The notes: generated from the sequence alone by a model not told the origin. DNA of 64,000 bases from Nitrospirales bacterium (GCA_963555755.3 OY820905.2:3488001-3552000); one strand, 5' to 3'. Shown: positions 1 through 10,280, numbered from the stretch's first letter. Numbers and translations are program-made.

Positions 1-751
1 GAGTGGAAAGATTTCGTGCAGCTTCTTGATCGAGGAACCAAGTCAATTGGCCGAAAATCGGACGTATAGCCTGGGATGGCAACATTTCCGGCTGAAACGG
101 ACCTTCCATCACCTCTCGCAACACCTCGGCCTTTCCCACACCGGTGATCAAAAAGGTGACCTGCCGGGCCTGATTGATAATAGGAGGGGTCAAGGTGATT
201 CGAAAGGTTTGAAATTTTTCCACCCAAGGAGCCGCGACGAACCGAGCCGATTCGTGAACGGCATCAGTGCCGGGAAACAAAGAGGCCGTATGCCCATCGG
301 GACCCATTCCTAATAAAACCAAATCGATACAAGGAATGGGGGAATCGGAAGACCCTAACCGATCCCGAAGCCGGTCTTCATACTGATCTGCGGCTGCTTG
401 GGCTTGTGGCAATTCGCCGTGTATCCGATGAATCTGTTTTTCAGAAATCGCGAGAGGCGAAAGCATGGCTTCATGCGCCATTCGATAATTGCTTTCCGCA
501 TGGTCAGGTGGCACGTGCCGTTCATCGCCCCAGAAAAATTCAATCTTTCCCCAATCGATGCGGGTTCGGTACTCGGGGTTGGCGAGCAGTGCATATAAAC
601 TCTTCGGGGTCGAACCTCCGCCCAGGGCAATCGTGAACCTCCCCCGAGTACTAATGGCAAGGGAAGCCTGCTGGATCACGTGTTCAGCGGCTGCATGCGT
701 AAAGCTTGGCGTGTCCGGAAACACACGAATTTCGGATCTTGCAGAAGTCAT
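1..751 (-). CDS. pgl: 6-phosphogluconolactonase (3' end runs off window; absent from ORF track)
   Basis: Manual minus-strand translation from ATG 751: MTSARSEIRVFPD...ALGGGSTPKSLY...FFWGDERHVPPDHAESNYRM...LLGMGPDGHTASLFPG, which are the canonical 6PGL motifs. Confidence 0.93.
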   Translation of the reverse strand, partial: MTSARSEIRVFPDTPSFTHAAAEHVIQQASLAISTRGRFTIALGGGSTPKSLYALLANPEYRTRIDWGKIEFFWGDERHVPPDHAESNYRMAHEAMLSPLAISEKQIHRIHGELPQAQAAADQYEDRLRDRLGSSDSPIPCIDLVLLGMGPDGHTASLFPGTDAVHESARFVAAPWVEKFQTFRITLTPPIINQARQVTFLITGVGKAEVLREVMEGPFQPEMLPSQAIRPIFGQLTWFLDQEAARNLST

Positions 752-789
752 GGGTATGGGAATAAAGATCAAGAACCACGAGAAGAAAC

Positions 790-1101
790 CTAGCAACCCG
801 AATATTTCGAATCTTCTAGTTTTCCTTCTTTATCAAAATCCAGACTGATTTGGCATTCGTTGGGCTCGTAATTAAAAAAAGGAAACGTCGTTTTTCCACC
901 AGCCATGCGGAAGTAGCTCCAGGTTTCCCCACCAAAAAACCGTTGGGCTTTGGCGCTGGGCTTGCCCCAATTTTCTTCGAACCACGATTGGGGTTTGCCC
1001 TGAAGTTCTGCGGGATCCAACGAAGCGTCCAAGTAAGGATTCCCTCCGCATCCTGCCAAAAGTAAGACAGCACTGATAAGAACAATTTGAGGGATTGACA
1101 T
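790..1101 (-). CDS. small lipoprotein (SmpA/BamE-like fold possible)
   Basis: From ATG 1101 MSIPQIVLISAVLLLAGC lipobox; WGKP...W.Y...LDFDKEGKL pattern. Confidence 0.7.
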   Translation of the reverse strand: MSIPQIVLISAVLLLAGCGGNPYLDASLDPAELQGKPQSWFEENWGKPSAKAQRFFGGETWSYFRMAGGKTTFPFFNYEPNECQISLDFDKEGKLEDSKYSGC

Positions 1102-1267
1102 GAGGGCCCCCTTTTGAAAATTGGTCGGGTAAAAACCCAAATCCGGAATTAATTAAATCTCTTGAAAAATTCTAACCCTGGCCTCCACCGCAGTCAAATC
1201 GACCGGGCGAAGGACAGGCCTTACCGAAGCAAGGCCCGTTGTTTCTTCACGCTTCACGCATTACTCA

Positions 1268-1951
1268 TCACCCTTCTACCAATTTTCGCGCGTGTTGAAA
1301 CACGCCATGAAACATGGGGCGGGTAAGCCTCCCAGTGAAGGTATTTTGTTGGCTTGGATGATATGATCCTAGGAGGGTCACCCCCCACGGGGCTGGATAC
1401 ACAGACCCATGTCCAAACTTCGGTAAGGGCTTGCTCAATGAATGCCCTAATGCCCTGCACGACTTCAAATACTCATCAAACGCAATTTTCCCCAAGACAA
1501 CCACGACCGTCATATTTTTCAACAGTCGAAGTTCATCCAGCAAATAGGGACGACAGGTATTAAACTCTTCTTTGGTCGGCTTATTGTCTGGCGGCGCACA
1601 ACGCACCGCCGCGGCCACATAACAGTCGTGCAATTTCAGCCCATCGCCCCGATGTGTTGCTTCCGCTTGGTTGGCGAATCCAAATTGAAATAATGCATCA
1701 TAAAGCCAATCCCCACTGCGATCCCCGGTAAACACCCGTCCTGTGCGATTTCCACCATGAGCGGCAGGAGCCAATCCCAGAACATAGAGTCGGGCCTTGG
1801 GATCACCAAACCCTGAGATCGGTCGTCCCCAATATTCCCACTCCTGAAACCGTTTGACTTTGGTTTGCGCGATTCCTCGCCGGTAAGTGTTTAATCGAGG
1901 ACAAAGAGTGCAATCTGCAATCGTCTGGTGTAAAACCTTGAGGGCTCGCAT
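1268..1951 (-). CDS. uracil-DNA glycosylase, family 5 (UdgB type)
   Basis: CTLCPRL Fe-S cysteines, GLAPAAHGGNRTGRVFTGDRSG, YHPSQQNTFTGRLT. Confidence 0.93.
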   Translation of the reverse strand: MRALKVLHQTIADCTLCPRLNTYRRGIAQTKVKRFQEWEYWGRPISGFGDPKARLYVLGLAPAAHGGNRTGRVFTGDRSGDWLYDALFQFGFANQAEATHRGDGLKLHDCYVAAAVRCAPPDNKPTKEEFNTCRPYLLDELRLLKNMTVVVVLGKIAFDEYLKSCRALGHSLSKPLPKFGHGSVYPAPWGVTLLGSYHPSQQNTFTGRLTRPMFHGVFQHARKLVEG

Positions 1952-1972
1952 GGATTAGATCGTAGCATAGCT

Positions 1973-2134
1973 TAGGGTTCGCGCAAGACTAACTTTCCTT
2001 GTTTGGGTGCTGAGACACCTGTCTGGCAAGGCGCGAGGACTGCGCATACTCATCGTATGGAAAGGACGAGCAACGCCGCCAAACGGGATGGATCGACGCC
2101 CAAACAGGGGAAGTTATTCTTGCGCAAGCCCTTA
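1973..2134. repeat. MITE-like element, family A copy 1
   Basis: Terminal inverted repeats TAGGGTTCGCGCAAG...CTTGCGCAAGCCCTTA; near-identical copy at 19099-19261. Confidence 0.85.
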
Positions 2135-2176
2135 ATCCTGCGAGAACACTGGCAAAGTTCTGTTCGAGATGTCGCC

Positions 2177-2320
2177 AAACTCGAAATACGAATGTCGAAA
2201 TACGAAACAAATTTGAAGTGCAAAACTCGAATACTGCAAACAGAGAATTCCCAATTTTCCACGGTTTTTTATTTGGTCCTTGAGATTTGTTTCGGATTTC
2301 GATATTCGAGTTTCGGATTT
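2177..2320. repeat. heptamer-based (CGAAAT/ATTTCG) inverted repeat cassette
   Basis: AAACTCGAAATACGAATGTCGAAATACGAAAC ... GTTTCGGATTTCGATATTCGAGTTTCGGATTT; similar copy at 38351-38463. Confidence 0.75.
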
Positions 2321-2378
2321 ATCCACGAATTTCTGGGCAGAAACATAGCTTTCCCATGGTAAGGACAGACAAACTCCG

Positions 2379-3734
2379 ATGGCGACAAACATGAAGATCA
2401 ACATCAATTTCCACAACCGAAAAGTTCGGACAATCCTGAAACAATTGCTCCAAGAGGGACTTCACGCGGCAGATCCGATTCTTGCCATGAAGAAAGCCTT
2501 GTCCGTTGAGGGATCAATGCTTCGAGTGGGGCGTCGCCAATACGACCTTAAAAAGTTTGACCGGATCGTGTGTGTGGGCGCGGGGAAGGCATCCGGCATG
2601 ATGGCCATGGCGCTGGAACAACGATTAGGGTCTCGCCTATCCGGAGGCCTTGTCGCGGTCAAAGATCACTCCGGATACAAGACGAAGTATATTCGGGTCG
2701 TTGAAACACGTCACCCCATTCCTGATGGACGAAGTGTCCGAGCAGCCAAGGAAATCTTCACTCTTGCTCAATCGCTGACCCGTCGGGATTTGCTGGTCGT
2801 TCTGATTTCCGGTGGAGCATCGAGTCTTCTCGCAGTTCCAGCATCGGGGTTGACCTTAACGGACAAGAAACACACGACAACCGAGTTGCTTTGCAGCGGA
2901 GCCACTATTCAAGAAATCAATACGGTTCGGAAGCATCTTTCCGCGATCAAAGGGGGGCGACTCGCAGCGGCTACCTCCGCCACAATCGTATCTCTCGTCC
3001 TATCTGATGTGCTGGGCGACGATCTGGCGACCATCGGTTCCGGACCAACTGCTCCTGATCCAACGACATTTCAGGATGCCCGAGGCATCCTGAAAAAATT
3101 TCAGCTTTGGCCGCGGGTATCCACGGCCGTGCGAGTTCATCTTGAGAAAGGCATCGATGGGCACATTGCCGACACGCCAAAAACCCAGGCAGCCGAGTTC
3201 TCCAGGGTCCACCATGCCATCATTGGAAATAATCGACTGGCGGTAGACGCCATTGTCAAACAGGCTAAAGATTTAGGTCTTCATCCCTTAGTGCTCACCA
3301 CCACCCTTGAAGGCGAAGCGCGAGAAATTGGCAAAATGATTGGTGCCATGGCCAAGAAAATTCAGGCTTCCGGGCAACCCGTGCAAAGACCGGCCTGTCT
3401 GGTATGGGGAGGCGAGCCAACCGTGACTGTGAAGGGAAAGGGGAAAGGAGGCCGAGCCCAAGAATTGGTATTATCAGCCGCGATTCAGGTTGCTGGACTC
3501 CCGAACATGTATGTGGCAGGGTTCGGAACGGATGGCAACGATGGCCAAACAAACGTGGCCGGGGCAATCGTCGATGGCCTCACGGTTGAAAGAGGCATAA
3601 AACAACACGTCGATCCTTGGGAAGCGCTCAACCGCAACGACAGCTATAGCTTCTTTAAGAAGATCGGCGGCCATATTCACACAGGCACAACCGGGACCAA
3701 CGTGAATGACGTGTATGTTCTGCTTGCGTTGTAA
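2379..3734 (+). CDS. glycerate 2-kinase (DUF4147/MOFRL family)
   Basis: VGAGKAS, HPIPD, LISGGASSL, INTVRKHLSAIKGGRLA, GGEPTV, GGRAQE, TGTNVND. Confidence 0.93.
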   Translation: MATNMKININFHNRKVRTILKQLLQEGLHAADPILAMKKALSVEGSMLRVGRRQYDLKKFDRIVCVGAGKASGMMAMALEQRLGSRLSGGLVAVKDHSGYKTKYIRVVETRHPIPDGRSVRAAKEIFTLAQSLTRRDLLVVLISGGASSLLAVPASGLTLTDKKHTTTELLCSGATIQEINTVRKHLSAIKGGRLAAATSATIVSLVLSDVLGDDLATIGSGPTAPDPTTFQDARGILKKFQLWPRVSTAVRVHLEKGIDGHIADTPKTQAAEFSRVHHAIIGNNRLAVDAIVKQAKDLGLHPLVLTTTLEGEAREIGKMIGAMAKKIQASGQPVQRPACLVWGGEPTVTVKGKGKGGRAQELVLSAAIQVAGLPNMYVAGFGTDGNDGQTNVAGAIVDGLTVERGIKQHVDPWEALNRNDSYSFFKKIGGHIHTGTTGTNVNDVYVLLAL

Positions 3735-3831
3735 AATATTGGAAGTTTACAAAATGGGACCGTTGAGTAATTGAAAAGTTTTCATAATGCCGTTCACATG
3801 TGACTCATCTTATGAAACGCCAAGAGCAACA

Positions 3832-4128
3832 GGGGATGTTCAAAAAGGTGCGCTCAGCCAGATGGTCTCCAGGCTTCCCATCTGGCTTTCCCAGGGGCTC
3901 CGCCCCTAGGACGGCCCGAACAGCAGGGCCTATGACCCCTCGAAGGGGGAACACCCCCTTCGAGCATCCCCCACACCGAGTGATACTAAACACCCGGTGT
4001 GTAAGGCCGCAGGCCCTTTGACGCGCGGAGCGTACTCATAGTACGTGAGCACGACAAAGGGCCGAGAAGGTCGCTGGCTTGTCTGCCGTAGCCTTGGCGA
4101 AGGCTGACGCCCTTTTTCAACATTCCCC
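3832..4128. repeat. MITE-like element, family B copy 1 (with nested extra sequence)
   Basis: Ends GGGGATGTTCAAAAAG...CTTTTTCAACATTCCCC; core GCGCGGAGCGTACTCATAGTACGTGAGCACG shared with 18857, 22945 and 27863 copies. Confidence 0.8.
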
Positions 4129-4157
4129 AAAAACAGGGAACGAGGGAGGAGAACAAC

Positions 4158-4541
4158 GTGTACGAAGCACAACAGATGGTTCTCGAATTTCACAAAGAAT
4201 TTAACATTCATGTGGCGAACGTACCCACCGTGCCTGATGGGAAAACCCACGCCTTGCGTGTTCGGCTGATTCAAGAAGAGTTTGACGAACTGAAAGAAGC
4301 GTTGGAAGCAAAGGACTTACCCAACATCGCGAAGGAACTCGCCGATCTCTTGTACGTGGTCTACGGCACAGCGATGTCTTATGGCATTGATATGGAGCCG
4401 GTGTTCCAAGAAGTCCAGCGGTCCAACATGAGCAAAGTCGGCGGCTACAAACGTGAAGATGGTAAATGGGTCAAACCCGCCACGTACTCACCGGCAGACA
4501 TTGCTCCTATTCTGGCATCCCAGACAATGAAAGATATGTGA
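4158..4541 (+). CDS. MazG-like nucleoside triphosphate pyrophosphohydrolase
   Basis: GTG start after GGAGG; LIQEEFDEL...KELADLLYVVYG...EVQRSNMSK. Confidence 0.85.
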   Translation: MYEAQQMVLEFHKEFNIHVANVPTVPDGKTHALRVRLIQEEFDELKEALEAKDLPNIAKELADLLYVVYGTAMSYGIDMEPVFQEVQRSNMSKVGGYKREDGKWVKPATYSPADIAPILASQTMKDM

Positions 4542-4604
4542 GATGAGACCACGACTTTTTTTGGCTCTTCTCCAAATCGTGTGGGTAACTTCTGGGGTTT
4601 TTCA

Positions 4605-4778
4605 CTCCCCTCCTTTGTAAGGAGGGGTAGGGGAGGTAGAGGGCCACGACAGCCGCTCAGGTCGCTCTTGGAGCACCCCATCCAGATTCGTGACCACGTT
4701 AGCAGCCTGCTGTCGAATTTCAGCATGGCTGCAGCTCGTTCCTTGCTACGGGCTCAGCCTCCCCTTACAAAGGGGAGG
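4605..4778. repeat. pair of REP-like palindromes
   Basis: CTCCCCTCCTTTGTAAGGAGGGG (4605) and CCTCCCCTTACAAAGGGGAGG (4758) in an intergenic region between convergent genes. Confidence 0.6.
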
Positions 4779-5012
4779 GATGATCAGGGTGAAGCCTCAA
4801 GAAAGCCTGGCCACTTTTCCCACGGTCGAAAAACCCACCAACCTCTTCTCCAGCAAGCCTTTCAGGAAATTACTCGCCCAAATTTACCCACTCACTTGGG
4901 AGTAGACCCTTATTTTATGGTAAAACTCTTGAGGCTGGTTCTAAAAACCCTCGAACTTTAATACCGGGAGGTATAGGAATCTCGGATATCCTCGAAACAA
5001 GAGAATAAACTG

Positions 5013-6398
5013 TTATTCCTGAGATTCCCGAACCAATTTCTTATAGATCATTTTTCGTCCTATAACAATAAGGAGGATCGATAACCCTAAGGTGATGGGG
5101 ACAAACACGCCAGAGGCGACTGACGCGCTCGAGATCCAGCCTATTTTTTCCAAGGCCTTGAACACGTAACTCCCGAGGCCGCTCAGATAATACGAAATAA
5201 CAATGACCGATAATCCCTCGACCGTGCGTTGGAGAATGGCTTGGCTCCGGGTGGTTTTATCCACGCTGCGCAAGAGTTGTAAGTTCTGATCCTGGAGTGC
5301 CAAATTTTGGTCTTGGAGTTGTAGCTCGACCTTGGTCCGGATCACCGCAATGGAGCCTTGGAAATCATTCACCAACGCATTGATTCGCTTGACTAGCTGC
5401 TGGTAACCATCGGCCACCCCAATGGTTTTCCCATCCACGTATTCGGATATCTGGCGGCAGCCTGGTACCGCTTGTTCTTGAAGCGAGACTAAGTTTGATC
5501 GAATGATACGGTCGTAGGGCACGGAGGCCGAGAGCCTAAATCGCATGGACTCCGCCAGACGACTGACTTTCATAAAATCTTGCGTGAGCACAGTGAGCCA
5601 GTGCTGGAGCTTTTCCGGCCTAGAGGCTTCTATCTCCGTGGTGATCAAACCGCGTTGGTAGAGATGGCGTTGTTCAAACTGATGCACTTGGTCGATGGAC
5701 TGGGCAAAAGCCTGAAGCGGGAGTAGGATCAGATGTGTATAATTTTCAATGGCCACGAGCGTATCGATGGTTCGAGCCAATTGATTGAGCAACACATCAA
5801 ACGACGGTGACATGACGAGATAGCGTTCGCGTTGATAGTCATCCGGGGTAAAGGTGGTCATCACGGAAATATCATGTCCGAAAATACGGCTGCCATAAAC
5901 CTGAGGGCCGGGCATGGTATTTTTAACTTCCTCAACCGTGAGGGTGGTGTGCGGCAAGACCAAGATGTCCAAGGCATTGACTTGAATTCCCAAGGGCGAC
6001 AAGGGCATCGCATAGTCAGGAAACATGAGCGGCCCGAATTCGAGTGGTTTTAATTTATCGTCAGGCATATGCCACACCTGATAACTGTAATATTCGGTGT
6101 GAGCCTCCCATGTGACTAACAATCGATCGCCATTCGAAGCCACTTTGGCCCCATGGCCAAACTTTTCATGAATGACAGTATGCTCTTCGGGGATACCAAG
6201 ACATTGGAGCAGTTGCTGAAACTCTTGCCGGCTTTGCGGCCGATCCATGGGTGGATTGGCCATCCGATGCGCGACGTGGTGGATATGCGCAGGCACATCA
6301 AACCATTCTTCCAAATATTTTTTGGCGGGTTCGTGAAGATGCCGGAGGAAACTGTGGGTGGATGCTGGTTGTTTTGGGCTCATGGTCTTTTGCTTCAC
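5013..6398 (-). CDS. DUF3422 family membrane-anchored protein
   Basis: VTWEAHTEYYSY motif; C-terminal LQRTVEGLSVIVISYY followed by two TM helices. Confidence 0.8.
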   Translation of the reverse strand: MKQKTMSPKQPASTHSFLRHLHEPAKKYLEEWFDVPAHIHHVAHRMANPPMDRPQSRQEFQQLLQCLGIPEEHTVIHEKFGHGAKVASNGDRLLVTWEAHTEYYSYQVWHMPDDKLKPLEFGPLMFPDYAMPLSPLGIQVNALDILVLPHTTLTVEEVKNTMPGPQVYGSRIFGHDISVMTTFTPDDYQRERYLVMSPSFDVLLNQLARTIDTLVAIENYTHLILLPLQAFAQSIDQVHQFEQRHLYQRGLITTEIEASRPEKLQHWLTVLTQDFMKVSRLAESMRFRLSASVPYDRIIRSNLVSLQEQAVPGCRQISEYVDGKTIGVADGYQQLVKRINALVNDFQGSIAVIRTKVELQLQDQNLALQDQNLQLLRSVDKTTRSQAILQRTVEGLSVIVISYYLSGLGSYVFKALEKIGWISSASVASGVFVPITLGLSILLIVIGRKMIYKKLVRESQE

Positions 6399-6627
6399 GG
6401 GATATCGCCAGTCATTTCCTTAGACACGTTCTACCCAATCCCTCCGAAGGGATCAAGGGGAAAAGGGTATGCCTGTTTTTGAGAGCATGGGAAATTAACC
6501 GTGCCTGAGGGGTTCATGGATGCCCCACGGGCCTTGACTGGTGAAATTAGTCTGACTAGAGTTCCATCTTTTCCATCAAAAACATATCTATTCTAATCGA
6601 GTCATCAAAAAAAAGGTATGCTAAATC

Positions 6628-7533
6628 ATGAATGATGTGTGGAAATCTCCAGCCGTGATTGAAACCAACCTTGCCGGCCTTGGCCAGAAGCGGCAAGGCA
6701 AGGTGCGCGATATGTACGATTTGGGCGATTGCTTGTTATTGATTGCCAGCGATCGGATTTCGGCTTTTGATGTCGTGTTGCCGGAAGGCATCACTGGCAA
6801 AGGCTATGTGCTCACACAACTGTCAAAGTTTTGGTTTGAACGTTTATGGCAAGAAGGGGGCTTAGTGCCACATCACTTGAGGACGATGAATCCTGATGAT
6901 TTCCCTGATTCGTGCAAACCGCATATGGACCTGTTGGAAGGCCGCAGCATGATTGTCGAAAAAGCCGAGCCGTTGCCGGTGGAATGCATTGTCCGTGGCT
7001 ATCTGTCCGGGTCAGCGTGGAAAGAATATACAAAGCAGGGCACTGTGTGCGAACAACCCTTGCCTGCGGGTTTACGGGAATCCGACAAATTCACCGAGCC
7101 CCTGTTCACCCCTTCGACGAAAGCCACCGAGGGGCACGATGAAAATATTTCGTTTGAAAAAATGAAAGCCCTCATTGGCGACGAGTTGGCCGAACAAGTC
7201 AAGACGGTCAGTCTCACGATGTATCAACGGGCAGCGGCCTTAGCCAAAGAGCGTGGTATCATCATCGCCGATACGAAATTTGAATTTGGGCTGCATCGGG
7301 GCACGAAGCAGCTTTTGGTCATCGACGAGTTGCTCACCCCCGACTCTTCCCGCTTTTGGCCGAACGATCGCTATGAAGCTGGCACGTCGCAACCCAGTTT
7401 CGATAAACAATTTGTTCGGGATTATCTGGATTCGGTGGGCTGGGATCATAACCCGCCGCCGCCTCACTTACCGGAAGAGGTCGTGCGGCAAACAAGTGCA
7501 AAGTATCGTGAAGCGCTAGAACGTTTTGTCTGA
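6628..7533 (+). CDS. purC: phosphoribosylaminoimidazolesuccinocarboxamide synthase
   Basis: GKVRDMY, SDRISAFD, PVECIVRGYL, IIADTKFEFG, DELLTPDSSRFW, SFDKQFVRDYL. Confidence 0.97.
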   Translation: MNDVWKSPAVIETNLAGLGQKRQGKVRDMYDLGDCLLLIASDRISAFDVVLPEGITGKGYVLTQLSKFWFERLWQEGGLVPHHLRTMNPDDFPDSCKPHMDLLEGRSMIVEKAEPLPVECIVRGYLSGSAWKEYTKQGTVCEQPLPAGLRESDKFTEPLFTPSTKATEGHDENISFEKMKALIGDELAEQVKTVSLTMYQRAAALAKERGIIIADTKFEFGLHRGTKQLLVIDELLTPDSSRFWPNDRYEAGTSQPSFDKQFVRDYLDSVGWDHNPPPPHLPEEVVRQTSAKYREALERFV

Positions 7534-7702
7534 TTCCGGCTATTGAACCTAGGAGCCTGCCCTCCGCTGAAGCGGGGGTGGCACCAGCCATGCTCCCCAT
7601 GCCATCCCTATCCTCTCCCAGGTGTCTTTATTGCCCCACCGTTTTCAAACTTGTTAGGATTGTATCTTGTCTCCTTCAACGTGTGACGTTTTTTGAGTAA
7701 TC

Positions 7703-8494
7703 ATGATGGTGTATCGATTCCTTGTTTCTATATTGATCCTGTGGCTGTTGACGAGTTGTACCACAGCACCACCACGAATCGTCGATTTAACCTATCCGTT
7801 CGACGAACAGACGGTGTATTGGCCCAAGAACAAACATTTTCACCGGCAAGACACGGCAAGAGGCATAACCGCCAACGGCTATTGGTATGCATCCGGGACA
7901 TTTTCCGCATCGGAACATGGCGGGACACATCTCGATGCACCCGTACATTTTTCCTCTTCCGGAATGAGCCTCGATGAGATCCCGGTGAAGAGTCTTCTGG
8001 GACCTGCCATTGTCCTCGATATTCACGAGGCATGTCAGGAAAATGCTGATTACGAACTCACGGTGCAAGACATTCACAATTGGGAACAGCAGTATGGTCT
8101 CATTGAGCGGAATGACCTTGTACTCCTTCGAACCGGATGGGGAGCCTATTGGCCCGACCCACAACAATACCTTGGCAGCACAACACCGGATAATTCTCAA
8201 ACCTTGCATTTTCCAGGTTTTTCAGCAGAGGCCATGGCCTTTCTTGTCCACGAGCGGCAGATTCGTGGTGTAGGAATTGATACGGCCAGTATCGACCCTG
8301 GACAATCAAAGCATTTTCAAGCGCATCAAATTTTAGGCAAAGCCAACAGGTACGGCATCGAGAATGTGGCGTATTTAGACCACTTACCTCCTCGCGGAGC
8401 CACAGTGTATGCGCTGCCTATCAAGATCAAAAACGGGACGGGCGGCCCCGTTCGAATAATTGCCCTGATTCCCCAACAACCCTGGACCTTCTAG
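7703..8494 (+). CDS. cyclase-family metallohydrolase (kynurenine formamidase-like), probable lipoprotein
   Basis: HGGTHLDAPVH motif, GIDTASID, IENV; LLTSC lipobox. Confidence 0.88.
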   Translation: MMVYRFLVSILILWLLTSCTTAPPRIVDLTYPFDEQTVYWPKNKHFHRQDTARGITANGYWYASGTFSASEHGGTHLDAPVHFSSSGMSLDEIPVKSLLGPAIVLDIHEACQENADYELTVQDIHNWEQQYGLIERNDLVLLRTGWGAYWPDPQQYLGSTTPDNSQTLHFPGFSAEAMAFLVHERQIRGVGIDTASIDPGQSKHFQAHQILGKANRYGIENVAYLDHLPPRGATVYALPIKIKNGTGGPVRIIALIPQQPWTF

Positions 8495-8532
8495 AGATAG
8501 AAACAACATCCGAAAAAAAAGAGGAACAACCG

Positions 8533-8808
8533 ATGATCACAATTTCCCTCATGGGACAATTAGAAACGGCCGATGGCGAGCGCAGCTTCGCCTGTGAGAT
8601 CGAAGACGCCATGCCGGTCAAACAATTACTTCATCGGCAGGGGCGCAAGCTTCGTCAGGTCACGAGGCTGCTACGGGAAAAACGGGTCATGGTGACCGTG
8701 AACAGACGTGTGGCCAGTGAAGATACGCAGGTGTATGACGGCGACGAGATTAGTCTCGTCGCCCATGATGGTGGGAGTACAAAAGGACTGAATCCATCAT
8801 TTTTTTAA
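8533..8808 (+). CDS. MoaD/ThiS family ubiquitin-like protein with C-terminal extension
   Basis: VMVTVNRR...VYDGDEISLVAHDGG then 10 further residues; GAGGA RBS. Confidence 0.75.
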   Translation: MITISLMGQLETADGERSFACEIEDAMPVKQLLHRQGRKLRQVTRLLREKRVMVTVNRRVASEDTQVYDGDEISLVAHDGGSTKGLNPSFF

Positions 8809-8838
8809 ATCCTGCCCTCTCCCCCAAGGCGCAGGTCC

Positions 8839-8949
8839 TAAGCGATCGTCATGAGGGGGTGTGGGTTTGAGCTAGATGTTTCGATCGTGTGGAGCGAATA
8901 GTGGGACTCATCAACGAAAACGGGGAAGGTATTCTTGCGCGAACCCTAA
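8839..8949. repeat. chimeric MITE remnant (family E body + family A end)
   Basis: AGCGATCGTCA...AGATGTTTCGATC...GCGAATAGTGGGACT matches 44840-44920; ends in TATTCTTGCGCGAACCCTAA like family A. Confidence 0.65.
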
Positions 8950-8950
8950 G

Positions 8951-8994
8951 AAACACCAAAGGGCCGCTACGGTAGTAGTGGCCCCTTGGTGTTT
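8951..8994. terminator. probable bidirectional intrinsic terminator
   Basis: AAACACCAAAGGGCCGCTAC-GGTA-GTAGTGGCCCCTTGGTGTTT hairpin downstream of the HU gene. Confidence 0.6.
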
Positions 8995-9082
8995 ACTTAA
9001 AAATGAAGCCTAGTTAGGTTTCGGTAAAGGGTCTCTGGCAAAGCAGACAGAAATTCAAAGATCGGACTACCCAATCCAACAA

Positions 9083-9373
9083 TTACTTCTTCACACCGAG
9101 GATCGAATCCTTTGCCGCTTTGGCCACTCTGAATTTAACCACTTTTTTGGCTGGGATCTTAATCGGCTCTCCCGTTTGGGGATTCCGACCAATTCGGGCC
9201 TTGCGGTGAGACAACACCAATTTCCCAATCCCTGGAAGGGTAAAGGCATTTTTTGCTTCCTTGTAAGCCAGTGCTGCCAAATTGTCTAGTAACTCTGTTG
9301 CGGTCTTCTTGGTCACACCAGATTTACCAGCAAGGTGATCAGCGATCTGGGACTTGGTCATCGCTTTTCCCAT
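9083..9373 (-). CDS. hup: HU family DNA-binding protein
   Basis: MTKSQI..., LPGIGKL, RKARIGRNPQTGEPIKIPAKKVVKFR. Confidence 0.95.
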   Translation of the reverse strand: MGKAMTKSQIADHLAGKSGVTKKTATELLDNLAALAYKEAKNAFTLPGIGKLVLSHRKARIGRNPQTGEPIKIPAKKVVKFRVAKAAKDSILGVKK

Positions 9374-9560
9374 ACAGACCTCCTCTTCATGAGTGTAAGA
9401 TGATGTGGGTAGCGCTCAACAAAATTGAGAACCAACAGTGGCCAATCCACTGATTTATGAATCGAACTTCGTATTGTCCCAAGTGAATCCAGAAACTAGA
9501 TGAGATGGGGCGAGATATTACCGAAAGCATCCTACCCTGTCAACCACAAAACACGCATGA

Positions 9561-10280
9561 ATGCAGGAAAATGTTCCATTCAACATTCAACACCGAATCT
9601 ATTCTTCGCTTGATGGTCAGACGCCTGACACGGTAGAGTGGAAATTCGACGATCCTTGTCACCCTTTGAACGAATTGAGGTCCAGCATGGGTAAAGAAAT
9701 TCCTGTATTTTCCGCGACTAAGACGGATGAGGCTGGTGATACGCTCATCTATTGCCGGGTATTTTGCCAACGAGAAGAGCCGCCCCCGTTGCGCTTATTA
9801 CTCGACTTTTTGAAATCCAAAAGCCAAGTGCCCCTTGTCCCCAAAATGGATCCCGAAGCGCTTGAGGACTGGAGCTGGGTACAAATTGCCTTGGGCTACC
9901 ATCGTGATCGGAAACCGATCCAACTTTTTTGCGTTCGCAACCAAGGCACCTATCAAGATGTATTTGAACAAGAGCAAACCGGATTCAGTAAACAACTCTC
10001 CGCCTTTGGTGAGCAGGAAGCCGAACTTGCCCGGGAGTTTGTGGTTCGAGCCAAGTTTATTTTGACGGCTCGACTCAGTAAGAACGATATCACGGACGAA
10101 GGGTACGATTTTAACGGGTGGATTTTAGAATTTTTCCAGGACAACTGTACGGGCATTGTACAAATCGATGAACAAGGGTTTTTTTCCCCCAAAGGCGAAC
10201 TGATCGTGAATTTGCAAAGTGACCCAGAGGAGGATTTTTCCGTCCCGCAGATCAAACCCTCAAAGGATAATGGCTCTTGA
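9561..10280 (+). CDS. hypothetical protein
   Basis: 239-aa ORF with normal protein-like composition; no motif recognised. Confidence 0.65.
   Translation: MQENVPFNIQHRIYSSLDGQTPDTVEWKFDDPCHPLNELRSSMGKEIPVFSATKTDEAGDTLIYCRVFCQREEPPPLRLLLDFLKSKSQVPLVPKMDPEALEDWSWVQIALGYHRDRKPIQLFCVRNQGTYQDVFEQEQTGFSKQLSAFGEQEAELAREFVVRAKFILTARLSKNDITDEGYDFNGWILEFFQDNCTGIVQIDEQGFFSPKGELIVNLQSDPEEDFSVPQIKPSKDNGS

Noticed and set aside
1989..2416. Short ORFs over the MITE and heptamer repeats (similar at 3800-4021, 18861-19343, 22826-23147, 27783-28020, 38320-38541)
   Set aside because: They are translations of non-coding repeats and recur wherever the repeat occurs.
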